A stretch of DNA of 59,497 nt from NCBI GenBank assembly GCA_045632625.1, contig JAZQWZ010000032.1, positions 1 to 59,497 on the forward strand, written 5' to 3'. Of this stretch, positions 28,247-36,353 are shown piece by piece. The notes beneath the pieces are model-generated. The model was not told where the DNA came from and made no database searches. It was given only the letters and a program-made list of their open reading frames with translations. The DNA is from Candidatus Scatosoma sp. (GTDB lineage: Bacteria > Bacillota > Clostridia > Christensenellales > Borkfalkiaceae). How positions within the stretch are numbered: the first letter of the stretch is position 1; each line of letters starts with the position of its first letter. Position numbers and translations under genes: made by a program.

Positions 28247-29347
28247 TTAGTTACAAGTTGTTACTTGGGAAAGCACCTTATACACTTTGCCTTTGTCAAG
28301 CTTTATTATTTCGCCGTATTCCGTAACGATCTCCGCTTCATCCGACACGAGAAAGGACGTTTCATCCTCATTCGTCGGTCCTAATATATCTTTTTTTCTG
28401 ACTGCACACTTTATAAAGGTTGGAATATTCTTCGACCACATCGCTTTTCCGCCTTTATCCATATATTTCCCTATGTAATCATACGCACTTTGGCTTAATT
28501 GCGGTATAATTTCTTCTATCGTCGATAAGCCGAACTTTTCGTTGAACTCCTGATTCCGCGTATGCACTTCCATTTGTTTCGTCATTGGATTATATTTCCG
28601 TTCTTCAAAGTTTTTCGACAATATTTCTTCGTCCTCGATGAACATTAAAGCGTGGAAGTGCAGTCGAACGCTTCCGTCCCAGCCCTCCCATACACCGAAA
28701 TATTTCCAACCCTTTCTATTTACCTTATTCCGTAAATACGTGCGTAGCTTCTTTTTAAACTGCTCCGACGTCATTTTTGCATCGTCATAGGTGAAGGTAA
28801 CGAAATAATTCATACCATTGAGCGAACACTTTCTAATAAAACGGTTTTTTCTCGCATTAAAATTATGGCGTTTGCGCTTAAAGTTTTCTTGCAGGAATTC
28901 TTTCCGTTTTGCTCGGTCGGGGATATACGGCGCAAACTTATCCATCATAATCGCCCAACGCTTTTTCCAACTTTCCTTTGCATATGCGTCGTAATAATGA
29001 TTGAATAGCTCCCGAAGTGTCATTTTAACCGTTTTATTGGGCTTATTTTGAACGTCTTTGACAACTTCAACTACTTGTTCGCCTTGGCAATTATCCTCGT
29101 TATTATGCCCAATTTCAACGGTATATTCTTCTATGATAATTCCGTCGTCATCTTCTTCGTTTATCTTCTCGGATATTAAATCGGAAACGTCTACGTCTAC
29201 GCGCTTTTCGGGGATTTTTCTGCGCTTCTTACCCTTGGGGAGATTTTGCTCCTCAAAGAACCAATGAATTTCACCGCCGTCGTTTGTCAGCTTGCCAAAA
29301 AGATATTCGTCTTCGTCCATTTCTGCAAATGGCTTTTTAATTTTCAT
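28247..29347 (-). CDS. HUH-superfamily rolling-circle replication initiator (two-tyrosine, phiX174 gpA/Microviridae-like motif set)
   Basis: Motif 1 YFVTFTYD, motif 2 LHFHALMF (HUH), motif 3 YDYIGKYMDK (YxxKY, compare phiX174 YVAKYVNK). GGAGG RBS. Confidence 0.75.
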   Translation of the reverse strand: MKIKKPFAEMDEDEYLFGKLTNDGGEIHWFFEEQNLPKGKKRRKIPEKRVDVDVSDLISEKINEEDDDGIIIEEYTVEIGHNNEDNCQGEQVVEVVKDVQNKPNKTVKMTLRELFNHYYDAYAKESWKKRWAIMMDKFAPYIPDRAKRKEFLQENFKRKRHNFNARKNRFIRKCSLNGMNYFVTFTYDDAKMTSEQFKKKLRTYLRNKVNRKGWKYFGVWEGWDGSVRLHFHALMFIEDEEILSKNFEERKYNPMTKQMEVHTRNQEFNEKFGLSTIEEIIPQLSQSAYDYIGKYMDKGGKAMWSKNIPTFIKCAVRKKDILGPTNEDETSFLVSDEAEIVTEYGEIIKLDKGKVYKVLSQVTTCN

Positions 29348-29400
29348 AATACTACCTCCAAAATGTTTATTGTAGGGGTATTATAACAAAAATTTTATAG

Positions 29401-29422
29401 CCTGTCTAAGACGAATTTTGTC
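29401..29422 (-). promoter_or_regulatory. 22-nt promoter-associated box upstream of Rep (shared with the integrase)
   Basis: On the minus strand, gacaaaattcgtcTTAGACagg is followed 18 nt later by TATAAT. It matches 36186-36207 at 21 of 22 positions. Confidence 0.55.
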
Positions 29423-29481
29423 GTATTGGTAGGGAAGAAAAAGGGCAGTACTACGCATTTCAACGCATACCTGCCCTATAG

Positions 29482-29946
29482 TTATTCCGTTTTATTCTGC
29501 ATTTCTTGAACCATATTATCAATGTCTTCTTCGGCAGTACAATCCACCAAGCCATTCATAATTTTAAGGAATTCGTCCAAATCGATTTTGCCTTTTTTCT
29601 TGCAATGCATTAAGCGGCGGAGATAATCTTGACGCTCGTTAAAGCTCTTTAAGGCAAGGAAGAACTCTTCGCCATTCCAATCCATTTCGCCAAACTTTTG
29701 TAAGCGCGTTTGAAAATCAGAATCACGGTATTTTGCGAAGATATATGTACGCGCAACCGTTTGCATTAAATTGCGTTTTTCGTGTTCTATAAGCTCAGGA
29801 AATGTCATTTCGCGTATATCAAGGATTTCTTCGCCTTCATCCTCAGCCGCATCATAAATATGTTGGATATCTTCCGTATCCGCAATAAATTCAAAAGTGG
29901 TATTATCTTCATCGGTTTTATATTTTGCCGTTACTTTGTAATACAT
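29482..29946 (-). CDS. Hypothetical acidic protein
   Basis: 154 aa and rich in D/E. The start overlaps the end of the XRE gene by 16 nt. GGAGGAC RBS. Confidence 0.55.
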   Translation of the reverse strand: MYYKVTAKYKTDEDNTTFEFIADTEDIQHIYDAAEDEGEEILDIREMTFPELIEHEKRNLMQTVARTYIFAKYRDSDFQTRLQKFGEMDWNGEEFFLALKSFNERQDYLRRLMHCKKKGKIDLDEFLKIMNGLVDCTAEEDIDNMVQEMQNKTE

Positions 29947-30179
29947 AATTTCCCGTCCTCCACGTTTTCAATAAACAAATTTACCGCATCTAATTCTAAA
30001 ACGGTTGCGATTTCTTGCGCAATGTTGATATTTTTTACGCCTTGATTTACCCAACGGCTTACGTTACGAAGAGGTGTACCAAACACGTAAGAAAATTCTT
30101 CCTGCGTTCTATATTGCGATAAGTGGATGGCTCTTTTCACGTTTGCGCCAACGACTTCGCTTAACAATTTTTGCTCCAT
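29931..30179 (-). CDS. XRE-family HTH transcriptional regulator
   Basis: ..VGANVKRAIHLSQYRTQEEFSYVFGTPLRNVSRWVNQ.. is the HTH_3 pattern. The second ATG (30179) is preferred because GGAGG lies 6 nt upstream. The ORF could instead start at 30191. Confidence 0.75.
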   Translation of the reverse strand: MEQKLLSEVVGANVKRAIHLSQYRTQEEFSYVFGTPLRNVSRWVNQGVKNINIAQEIATVLELDAVNLFIENVEDGKLCITK

Positions 30180-30214
30180 TTGTGCCTCCATAATCTTATT
30201 TTATATGTATAAAT

Positions 30215-30230
30215 ACGAACATATGTTTGT
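30215..30230. promoter_or_regulatory. Near-palindromic operator candidate overlapping the XRE promoter
   Basis: acgaacatatgtttgt matches its reverse complement at 14 of 16 positions (7 of 8 base pairs between the half-sites). It lies immediately downstream of a minus-strand TATAAT (30239-30234). Confidence 0.35.
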
Positions 30231-30393
30231 TTTATTATACTATAAATTGGAAACATTGTCAAGTGTAAGGGATATAAGTTTCGTGAAAACAAACACTTAT
30301 TTCAAGAAGTTTTGTCGTTTTTTGTAAAAAAGAGGTTTCGCATACATTTTACGCGTAACCTCTTTTGATATACAAAAGCAATTTTAGACGGCT

Positions 30394-31710
30394 TTAAAAG
30401 ACCATTTCAAATGCTTTATAAATCTCTTCATTATCTAAGCCAATTCTCTTAAATAACGCCACATAAATCAAAACAACCATGCTATATGATGTATCAGCAA
30501 TTCGGGGAGTCAATTTTGGTTTTTCGCCATGCGTAACATCATTTCTACATTTGACAAATTTTTGTATTAAATCTTCCGTGATTTCAAGATTTTTATGGGA
30601 TAATATTCTATCAACCACTTCTTTGTTTGCTTCATATAATACGAAAAATTGTTCAGCCGCAGGGAATGTCCATTTTGAAATGCTTCCCACGATAGATTGA
30701 TACGCTTTTTCTGTTAAAGCAGGAGTCTCTTCTTTGTATTCTTTAACAACTTTCTTCACTTTTTTAATAAGCTTTGTGATAATTTCTTCTTTTTCTTTTT
30801 TTATCTTACTTTTAGCAAATTCAAATTCAAGGGCTGTACAAATGTTTTTTATTGAGTTATATGTAACATAATGAGCGTCTGTATTATTATCTGGCAAAAA
30901 GTTTGTAGAAAAATCCTCAGAATCTATTATTTCAATGAATTTCGAAAAAACTCTATCTACGGAACGTAGAGAAATTGTTCTTATTGGTTTCTTATCAACG
31001 ATATCTTTAAAGCCGTGGTTTACATAGATATTTGCATATCCTTTATGAGCTTCGTCCTTAAAATAATATACGATTTTATCAAATTCGATATTTTGCTGCC
31101 TTACCAATAAGGCTACTATTTTTGTTAATAGAAAATAGCATTCTTCAAATCTTTTTAAAGGTTGTTCATTTTCGAATTTTAAAGATATAACCGAATTTGT
31201 TACCCCCAACTTATTATCTTTTCTTTCTGAATAAGGGAAAATACTACTTTTGAAAATACACTGAGTGCCACCAACGCTTACATTATATTTTTTAGTTACT
31301 TCCTTTAACGGTTTAAATTTAATGCAACAACCCTTTTCATACATATTGTCTTCAAACTCAAAAGGAGGATATATTAGCTCTGGATCCAAAATACAATTAC
31401 CCGTACCACCAATAAATTCTATGGAGTCAAATTTTGATAAATCATAATTTCTTAGATTAGCAGAACCAACGGCATAATAATCCACCGAAAATCTAATACA
31501 ATTTATAACCTTTGTTGAGTTTTTTATATGTAATGCTATATTATAATTATTATCAGTAACTCCATATAAGATATCAGGCAATTTAACTTTTTCACTAAAC
31601 CGAAAACCTGACACTCCATTAAATATCCTTCCGATAAATCCGTCTAACGTAAAAGCGTATCGTTTTTCTTGTAATGTTATATAGCCATATATTTTTTCGG
31701 GATGATTCAT
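30394..31710 (-). CDS. HEPN-motif protein (ApeA/Abi-like single-gene defence candidate)
   Basis: 438 aa. The C-terminal alpha-helical region carries KCRNDVTHG, which fits the R-N-x3-H HEPN signature. It has its own transcription unit. Confidence 0.45.
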   Translation of the reverse strand: MNHPEKIYGYITLQEKRYAFTLDGFIGRIFNGVSGFRFSEKVKLPDILYGVTDNNYNIALHIKNSTKVINCIRFSVDYYAVGSANLRNYDLSKFDSIEFIGGTGNCILDPELIYPPFEFEDNMYEKGCCIKFKPLKEVTKKYNVSVGGTQCIFKSSIFPYSERKDNKLGVTNSVISLKFENEQPLKRFEECYFLLTKIVALLVRQQNIEFDKIVYYFKDEAHKGYANIYVNHGFKDIVDKKPIRTISLRSVDRVFSKFIEIIDSEDFSTNFLPDNNTDAHYVTYNSIKNICTALEFEFAKSKIKKEKEEIITKLIKKVKKVVKEYKEETPALTEKAYQSIVGSISKWTFPAAEQFFVLYEANKEVVDRILSHKNLEITEDLIQKFVKCRNDVTHGEKPKLTPRIADTSYSMVVLIYVALFKRIGLDNEEIYKAFEMVF

Positions 31711-31921
31711 AGTCTCACCGTTGTTATTTTACTGTTTCTTTGAGGGGAATGGTTCCGACAATTTCTTACGGACGTATGCGTATAGTAATTTCGCAAAAGC
31801 AACTACAATGGACATTCTGCTTATAAGCAGGGCCTAATTTTCCATTGCATTGAGAAAATCGCTATATTTTCAACAGCTTTTGTCCCCATAAATTATTTTC
31901 AATTATCATCATAAAGGAGTT

Positions 31922-32512
31922 TTAAGATATATTAGTGGAAAATTCTGTGGCAAGTTGTTCACTTAATTCCGACAATGACTTTATAAGACCAAGATTACTA
32001 TATTCAAAGTTTTGAGTCAAACTATCCCATTGCATAAAGCCAAGGCAATGCTCCTTGAGGTCATTGCCAACTACAGTTTTTATGTGTGATAAATGTTCCT
32101 CGGTCGAAAGTATCTGAGATAATCTTGGACTGGAGCCATTATCTATGTTAACAAGCAGTCCATACTTTGCGCCCGAAACAAGACAGTAACCAACAAGTTG
32201 AGACCATTCTTTCAATCCAGCACTATTCATTAGTTTTACTTCAAGAATGAGTATTTCAAACTTTATACCATCCGTAATAAGCGCAAAAATATCAAGATTT
32301 AACGGCGGTACACGTTGAGCAAAATTTGTTGCACATTTGCATTGTTCGGGATTTGCGCTAATAATACGTTGCAAATTAGTCTTCAATTCGCCTATACCCC
32401 AAAACACCTCAAGTTCTCTGTGTTGTTGCGCTCTAAAATTACTTTTTAACTGTGCTTCAATAAAACGCTGTATTTCTGGATAATATGAGACCTCGTTACG
32501 TTTAATCGCCAC
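31922..32512 (-). CDS. Small PD-(D/E)xK nuclease-fold protein (Shedu/NucS-like core motifs)
   Basis: ..LNLDIFALITDG..FEILILEVKLMN..EWSQLVGY.. gives D...ExK...Q. GTG start at 32512 with GGAGGA upstream. It overlaps the upstream gene by 11 nt. Confidence 0.55.
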   Translation of the reverse strand: MAIKRNEVSYYPEIQRFIEAQLKSNFRAQQHRELEVFWGIGELKTNLQRIISANPEQCKCATNFAQRVPPLNLDIFALITDGIKFEILILEVKLMNSAGLKEWSQLVGYCLVSGAKYGLLVNIDNGSSPRLSQILSTEEHLSHIKTVVGNDLKEHCLGFMQWDSLTQNFEYSNLGLIKSLSELSEQLATEFSTNIS

Positions 32513-33893
32513 TTCTTAAGTCCTCCTCTGTAATTTGGCGAACCAACAATTTATATTCGTTCGATAAATCACGAGTAACAAGTCGACTATACACAGCAGG
32601 ATTTTTAGCACCAATTAAAGAACCTCTCTCATTACCAAGTATAACGAGTGGCGTTAAAAGTTCAGGCTTACGAATCTCAACTGTTTCCTCGGGATTATTT
32701 GATATATGACTCTCAATTACAGCAGTATATCCTTTGGGACGCTTGCCAAATAGTTCATTATCATTAGCAATTACATAAGCAATGGCTTGAAGAACCTCCG
32801 CAATAGGATAACCATTATGTTGATTGCTTCCATAAATAAGCGCATTATTGTCGTTTTTGTATAAAGTATACAATGCTGCAATAGAGATGTTTTGAATAGA
32901 GTACGTCCTTGCAGATAATAAGGGGTCGTTTGCGATAATAGAAGTTATACGTTCCTTCGTTTCCTTGCATAATATAGGAAAAGGATTAACTAAATCGCCA
33001 AGATTTCTGAAACAATTACAAACTTTATCATAAGGAGCATGTTCACAACCCATTACGGCGCAAAAATGTCGAAAGTGGATATAATGTCCCCCGCGAATGT
33101 TATCAGGTAACCGCAAATCGTTTTCAGCAGGATGTACCGTAGAAGGAGTTACATGAAAATCACGTTCTTCACATATTTCGGCTGTATGAGTCTGTTGTTG
33201 TAATTGGCGGTTCTCATTCGATGTTTCGGCTTTTGTACGAAAAGCAAAAGCACCAAATTGTGCGTATTGGTCAAGTAAAATTCGAAGCTTAAATCCTTTG
33301 TTCCATTGGGAATAATATGGATCACTCGTACAATGAATATTGGGGTGATTCCAATTCACTTGATCCGGAATACAATTTATACTATAAAGCAATCTACACA
33401 AGTCGCAAACAAACTGGAAATTATATCCTTTAATTTCAAATGACAGTATTTGATGCTCGTCCGAAAATCTTCTTTGGGATTTTGCCATGCTCCCAATCGT
33501 ATCAGCCAAACCAGCAACAAATCTGCGCTTAAGATTGTCGTCAATTAATTCGGGCACGATTGCATTAATATTTGCAGTGCCACGTATTTCGCCTTCACAC
33601 GTAATGCCATACTGCATTAAATCTTCTTTTACATCAGAGATATCGCCTTCGCATAAAATTGTCCATGTCCCACCAGGAGTAGTTTCATACTGTACAGATA
33701 AATTGTAGACAGCTCGAAACATTTGTCCAACTTTCTGAAGAATATCTCTTGCAATTTGACCAGCTCTTTGCGGATTATCTATATATGAACCCCATTTTTT
33801 GTAAGGTAAACGAATCCTAAATACATCTTCCGCTGTTCCAAATATGCCACCGCCAATCATTAATCCAAGAAGGTAGGCTTTATCCGTATTCAT
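32502..33893 (-). CDS. Degenerate double-LAGLIDADG-like protein with an uncharacterised C-terminal half
   Basis: The start is trimmed to MNTDKAYLLGLMIGGG (ATG 33893, AAGGAGG upstream). The second motif RRFVAGLADTIGS lies ~118 aa later. Both lack the acidic residue at the catalytic position. Confidence 0.45.
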   Translation of the reverse strand: MNTDKAYLLGLMIGGGIFGTAEDVFRIRLPYKKWGSYIDNPQRAGQIARDILQKVGQMFRAVYNLSVQYETTPGGTWTILCEGDISDVKEDLMQYGITCEGEIRGTANINAIVPELIDDNLKRRFVAGLADTIGSMAKSQRRFSDEHQILSFEIKGYNFQFVCDLCRLLYSINCIPDQVNWNHPNIHCTSDPYYSQWNKGFKLRILLDQYAQFGAFAFRTKAETSNENRQLQQQTHTAEICEERDFHVTPSTVHPAENDLRLPDNIRGGHYIHFRHFCAVMGCEHAPYDKVCNCFRNLGDLVNPFPILCKETKERITSIIANDPLLSARTYSIQNISIAALYTLYKNDNNALIYGSNQHNGYPIAEVLQAIAYVIANDNELFGKRPKGYTAVIESHISNNPEETVEIRKPELLTPLVILGNERGSLIGAKNPAVYSRLVTRDLSNEYKLLVRQITEEDLRSGD

Positions 33894-33903
33894 AAAAGCC
33901 TCC

Positions 33904-35178
33904 TTAATTGTTAGATTGAATAAATACTTGTTCCATAATTGCAGTAGCAATATTATATGCCAAATTAACAGGAACAGCGTTGCCAATTACTTTATACATA
34001 GCAGTGATATTTTTGGGAGAATCGGTTATGAATTTGAAGTCATCAGGAAAGGTTTGAATACGTGCAACTTCTCGCACTGTATATCTCCTGTTTTCTGTAG
34101 GGTGAATGATGCCGCAATTTTCGGGCTGTGCAGAAGCTGTAATCGTCCCACAAATTTCATCTCTTGAAAAACGTCTATAAAAATTAGGGGAATGATATTT
34201 TTTCATATCATCTCGGATTTTTTTGAAGCGTGGAGCTAAATGTTCGTACGGAACATCCTTCCAAGAGCCTCCTTCAGGAATATATTGAATCATTTCCAAT
34301 GCCTGCGGAGAAAAAGGCCAATCCACATTGTTGTCAAGCTCCACAGGAACATCTAAAATATTTCGTAATGTTAATTTTTCTTTGCTTTGTTTTTCAGGGA
34401 ACACAAATGTCTTCTCTAAATCTTTACGTATCCCAATAAAGAGGACTCGTTGACGATTTTGAGGAACGCCATAGTCGGCAGCATTAACAAGTTGGTATAC
34501 TACATTATATCCAATACCATTCATAGCGGATAAATCCTCAACAATTACATCCGCCAAATTTCTACCGTCTATATATTTAGTCGATAATAAACCCTTAACG
34601 TTCTCAAATACAATAACCTTAGGCATTTTGCGCTCAATAATACGCAAACATTCTTTGTATAACATTCCACGAGAATCATGTACGCCTTTGCGACTTCCCG
34701 CATTAGAGAAGGGCTGGCAAGGAAAACCCGCTGTTAAAATGTCCCCATCGGGAATCTCTTCTTCTCCAACAGTCAAAATATCGCGAGTATCAATTTTTCC
34801 TAAATTAAGAGAATATACGGCTTGAGCATCTGCATCAAAGTCATTTGCGTAAACAATATCAAAGCCAGCTTTTTTGAAACCAGTATCCATACCTCCGCAA
34901 CCAGAAAAAAGTGAAATGAGCTTAGGCGAATTAGAATTATTTTCGCTCAAACACAAAGAAGAGCTTTCAATTGGTTGATTTGCCGCGCTTATTGTAGTTG
35001 ATTTGGAATTTGATGTTGCAGTAATATAACTTTCAATATCACAAAGCCTAATTCTCCAGGAACGATTGGCTAATTTGGAAGCTTGTAAACGTCCATCAGT
35101 AATTAGGCGACGTACCGTTTTTTCGGATAATTGTAAATATTCAGCCGTCTGCGAAACAGTTAATAAATCAGTGTTCAT
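33904..35178 (-). CDS. DNA (cytosine-5)-methyltransferase with N-terminal MerR/excisionase-type HTH
   Basis: HTH LLTVSQTAEYLQLSEKTVRRLITDGRL, then motifs I LFSGCGG, IV GFPCQPFS, VI ENVKGL, VIII QNRQRV and X GNAVP. The start is trimmed to MNTDLL (ATG 35178, GGAGG upstream). Confidence 0.88.
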   Translation of the reverse strand: MNTDLLTVSQTAEYLQLSEKTVRRLITDGRLQASKLANRSWRIRLCDIESYITATSNSKSTTISAANQPIESSSLCLSENNSNSPKLISLFSGCGGMDTGFKKAGFDIVYANDFDADAQAVYSLNLGKIDTRDILTVGEEEIPDGDILTAGFPCQPFSNAGSRKGVHDSRGMLYKECLRIIERKMPKVIVFENVKGLLSTKYIDGRNLADVIVEDLSAMNGIGYNVVYQLVNAADYGVPQNRQRVLFIGIRKDLEKTFVFPEKQSKEKLTLRNILDVPVELDNNVDWPFSPQALEMIQYIPEGGSWKDVPYEHLAPRFKKIRDDMKKYHSPNFYRRFSRDEICGTITASAQPENCGIIHPTENRRYTVREVARIQTFPDDFKFITDSPKNITAMYKVIGNAVPVNLAYNIATAIMEQVFIQSNN

Positions 35179-35351
35179 AAAATTTAGACCTCCCATTGTG
35201 TATATATTATAGCATTTCGTATAGAGTCTGTCAAGCAATTTGTGGAAAGTATTGGACAAAATAGGACTAAATTAAATATACGCTTTTTTGGATGCGATTT
35301 TAGTATTGTTATCATGTATACCCGATTTTACCTTTCGGTTGTGGCTATGGT

Positions 35352-35496
35352 AGCATAGGATAACCCGAAAGTAAACGCAAAAAAATTCTTGCGTTTTTAT
35401 CAATTGTTGCTTTATCCGAGCAACAATTTTTTTCGTTTCTCGTTGACTTTCGGGAAGATTTCAACTCGTACATGGTATTCCTCTTTATCCTATGCT
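35352..35496 (+). promoter_or_regulatory. Long-hairpin element, copy 1 (structured leader / ssDNA-promoter-like element upstream of the sigma-like gene)
   Basis: Stem A is 35352-35362 with 35486-35496 (11 bp). Stem B is 35364-35377 with 35441-35454 (14 bp, one A-G mismatch). Two internal terminator-like hairpins include aattgttgc/gcaacaatt plus a T7 run (35402-35433). Confidence 0.55.
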
Positions 35497-35545
35497 CCTT
35501 TGCCCCTGCCCAAAAGGCAAAAGATAAAATCGGAGGTAAACTCAA

Positions 35546-36157
35546 ATGCTTAAATCTCACAATCCTTACAACGTGTTATCGGAAATCATCTCTTTCGAGA
35601 ACGTTCAACAAATGGGCGAAATGATCGCCCTGAAAACTCTGCGTGGTCGTTACGCTTACGCTCGTTATGCCTTGGAATGGCTCTACGTTGGTCTTGTAAA
35701 AGATTTAAACCGTGGCAACGACGCTCATCACATATTTTCAGACGCTTATGACCTTGCACAAACTGCTATTTGCTTCTTATGCGAATTTGTAGGTAAGAGC
35801 TTAAACGACGTTTATATGATTAAAAACGGTCAAGAAATCACCATTAAGAAAGCTACGTATTTGTTAGTTGGTCGCACTATTGATAGAATGCGTAGATACA
35901 TGTCAAGAAGCCGTGATATTAACGATTACACGGAAGAACTCTCTGTGGAAATCGACCACTACGAAGAAAAAGATTATACCGAAGTGGATAACAAAATCGA
36001 ACTTCTTAATTTGAAACCTCGTGACCGCGCTGTATTAGATTGCTATATGGCAGGTATGACTTGCAACGAAATTGCAGAATTCCTCGACATCGACCGTATT
36101 ACCGTATGGCGTAGAAGAACGCGTGCACAGGTAAAATATAAAGCATTATTTTTCTAA
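35546..36157 (+). CDS. Sigma-70-family-like factor (region 4 HTH), mobile-element type
   Basis: C-terminal ..LKPRDRAVLDCYMAGMTCNEIAEFLDIDRITVWRRRTRA.. is the region 4.2 pattern. GGAGG RBS. Confidence 0.65.
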   Translation: MLKSHNPYNVLSEIISFENVQQMGEMIALKTLRGRYAYARYALEWLYVGLVKDLNRGNDAHHIFSDAYDLAQTAICFLCEFVGKSLNDVYMIKNGQEITIKKATYLLVGRTIDRMRRYMSRSRDINDYTEELSVEIDHYEEKDYTEVDNKIELLNLKPRDRAVLDCYMAGMTCNEIAEFLDIDRITVWRRRTRAQVKYKALFF

Positions 36158-36185
36158 AATTAAGTAGTACGCCAAAATTTGTCTT

Positions 36186-36207
36186 AGACAAAACTCGTCT
36201 TAGACAG
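36186..36207 (+). promoter_or_regulatory. 22-nt promoter-associated box upstream of integrase B
   Basis: gacaaaactcgtcTTAGACagg is followed 18 nt later by TACTAT. gtcttagaca occurs twice (36181-36190 and 36197-36206). Confidence 0.5.
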
Positions 36208-36353
36208 GCGTTTAAAAATATGATACTATACTTACGCTCTCAAGGACAAACTATACTTTTACAGCTTGGGAGTTAGCAAGAAAATTAGGTAAAAGTAAAC
36301 GCGTTTATGCTTCCCGACGGGGAAGTTGACCAAAATTTTCAAGAAGGAGGACA

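Noticed and set aside
35345-35560. ORF 35345-35560 (-), 71 aa
   Set aside because: It lies entirely within the long-hairpin element on the opposite strand to all neighbouring signals and has no RBS. The structure explains the region better.
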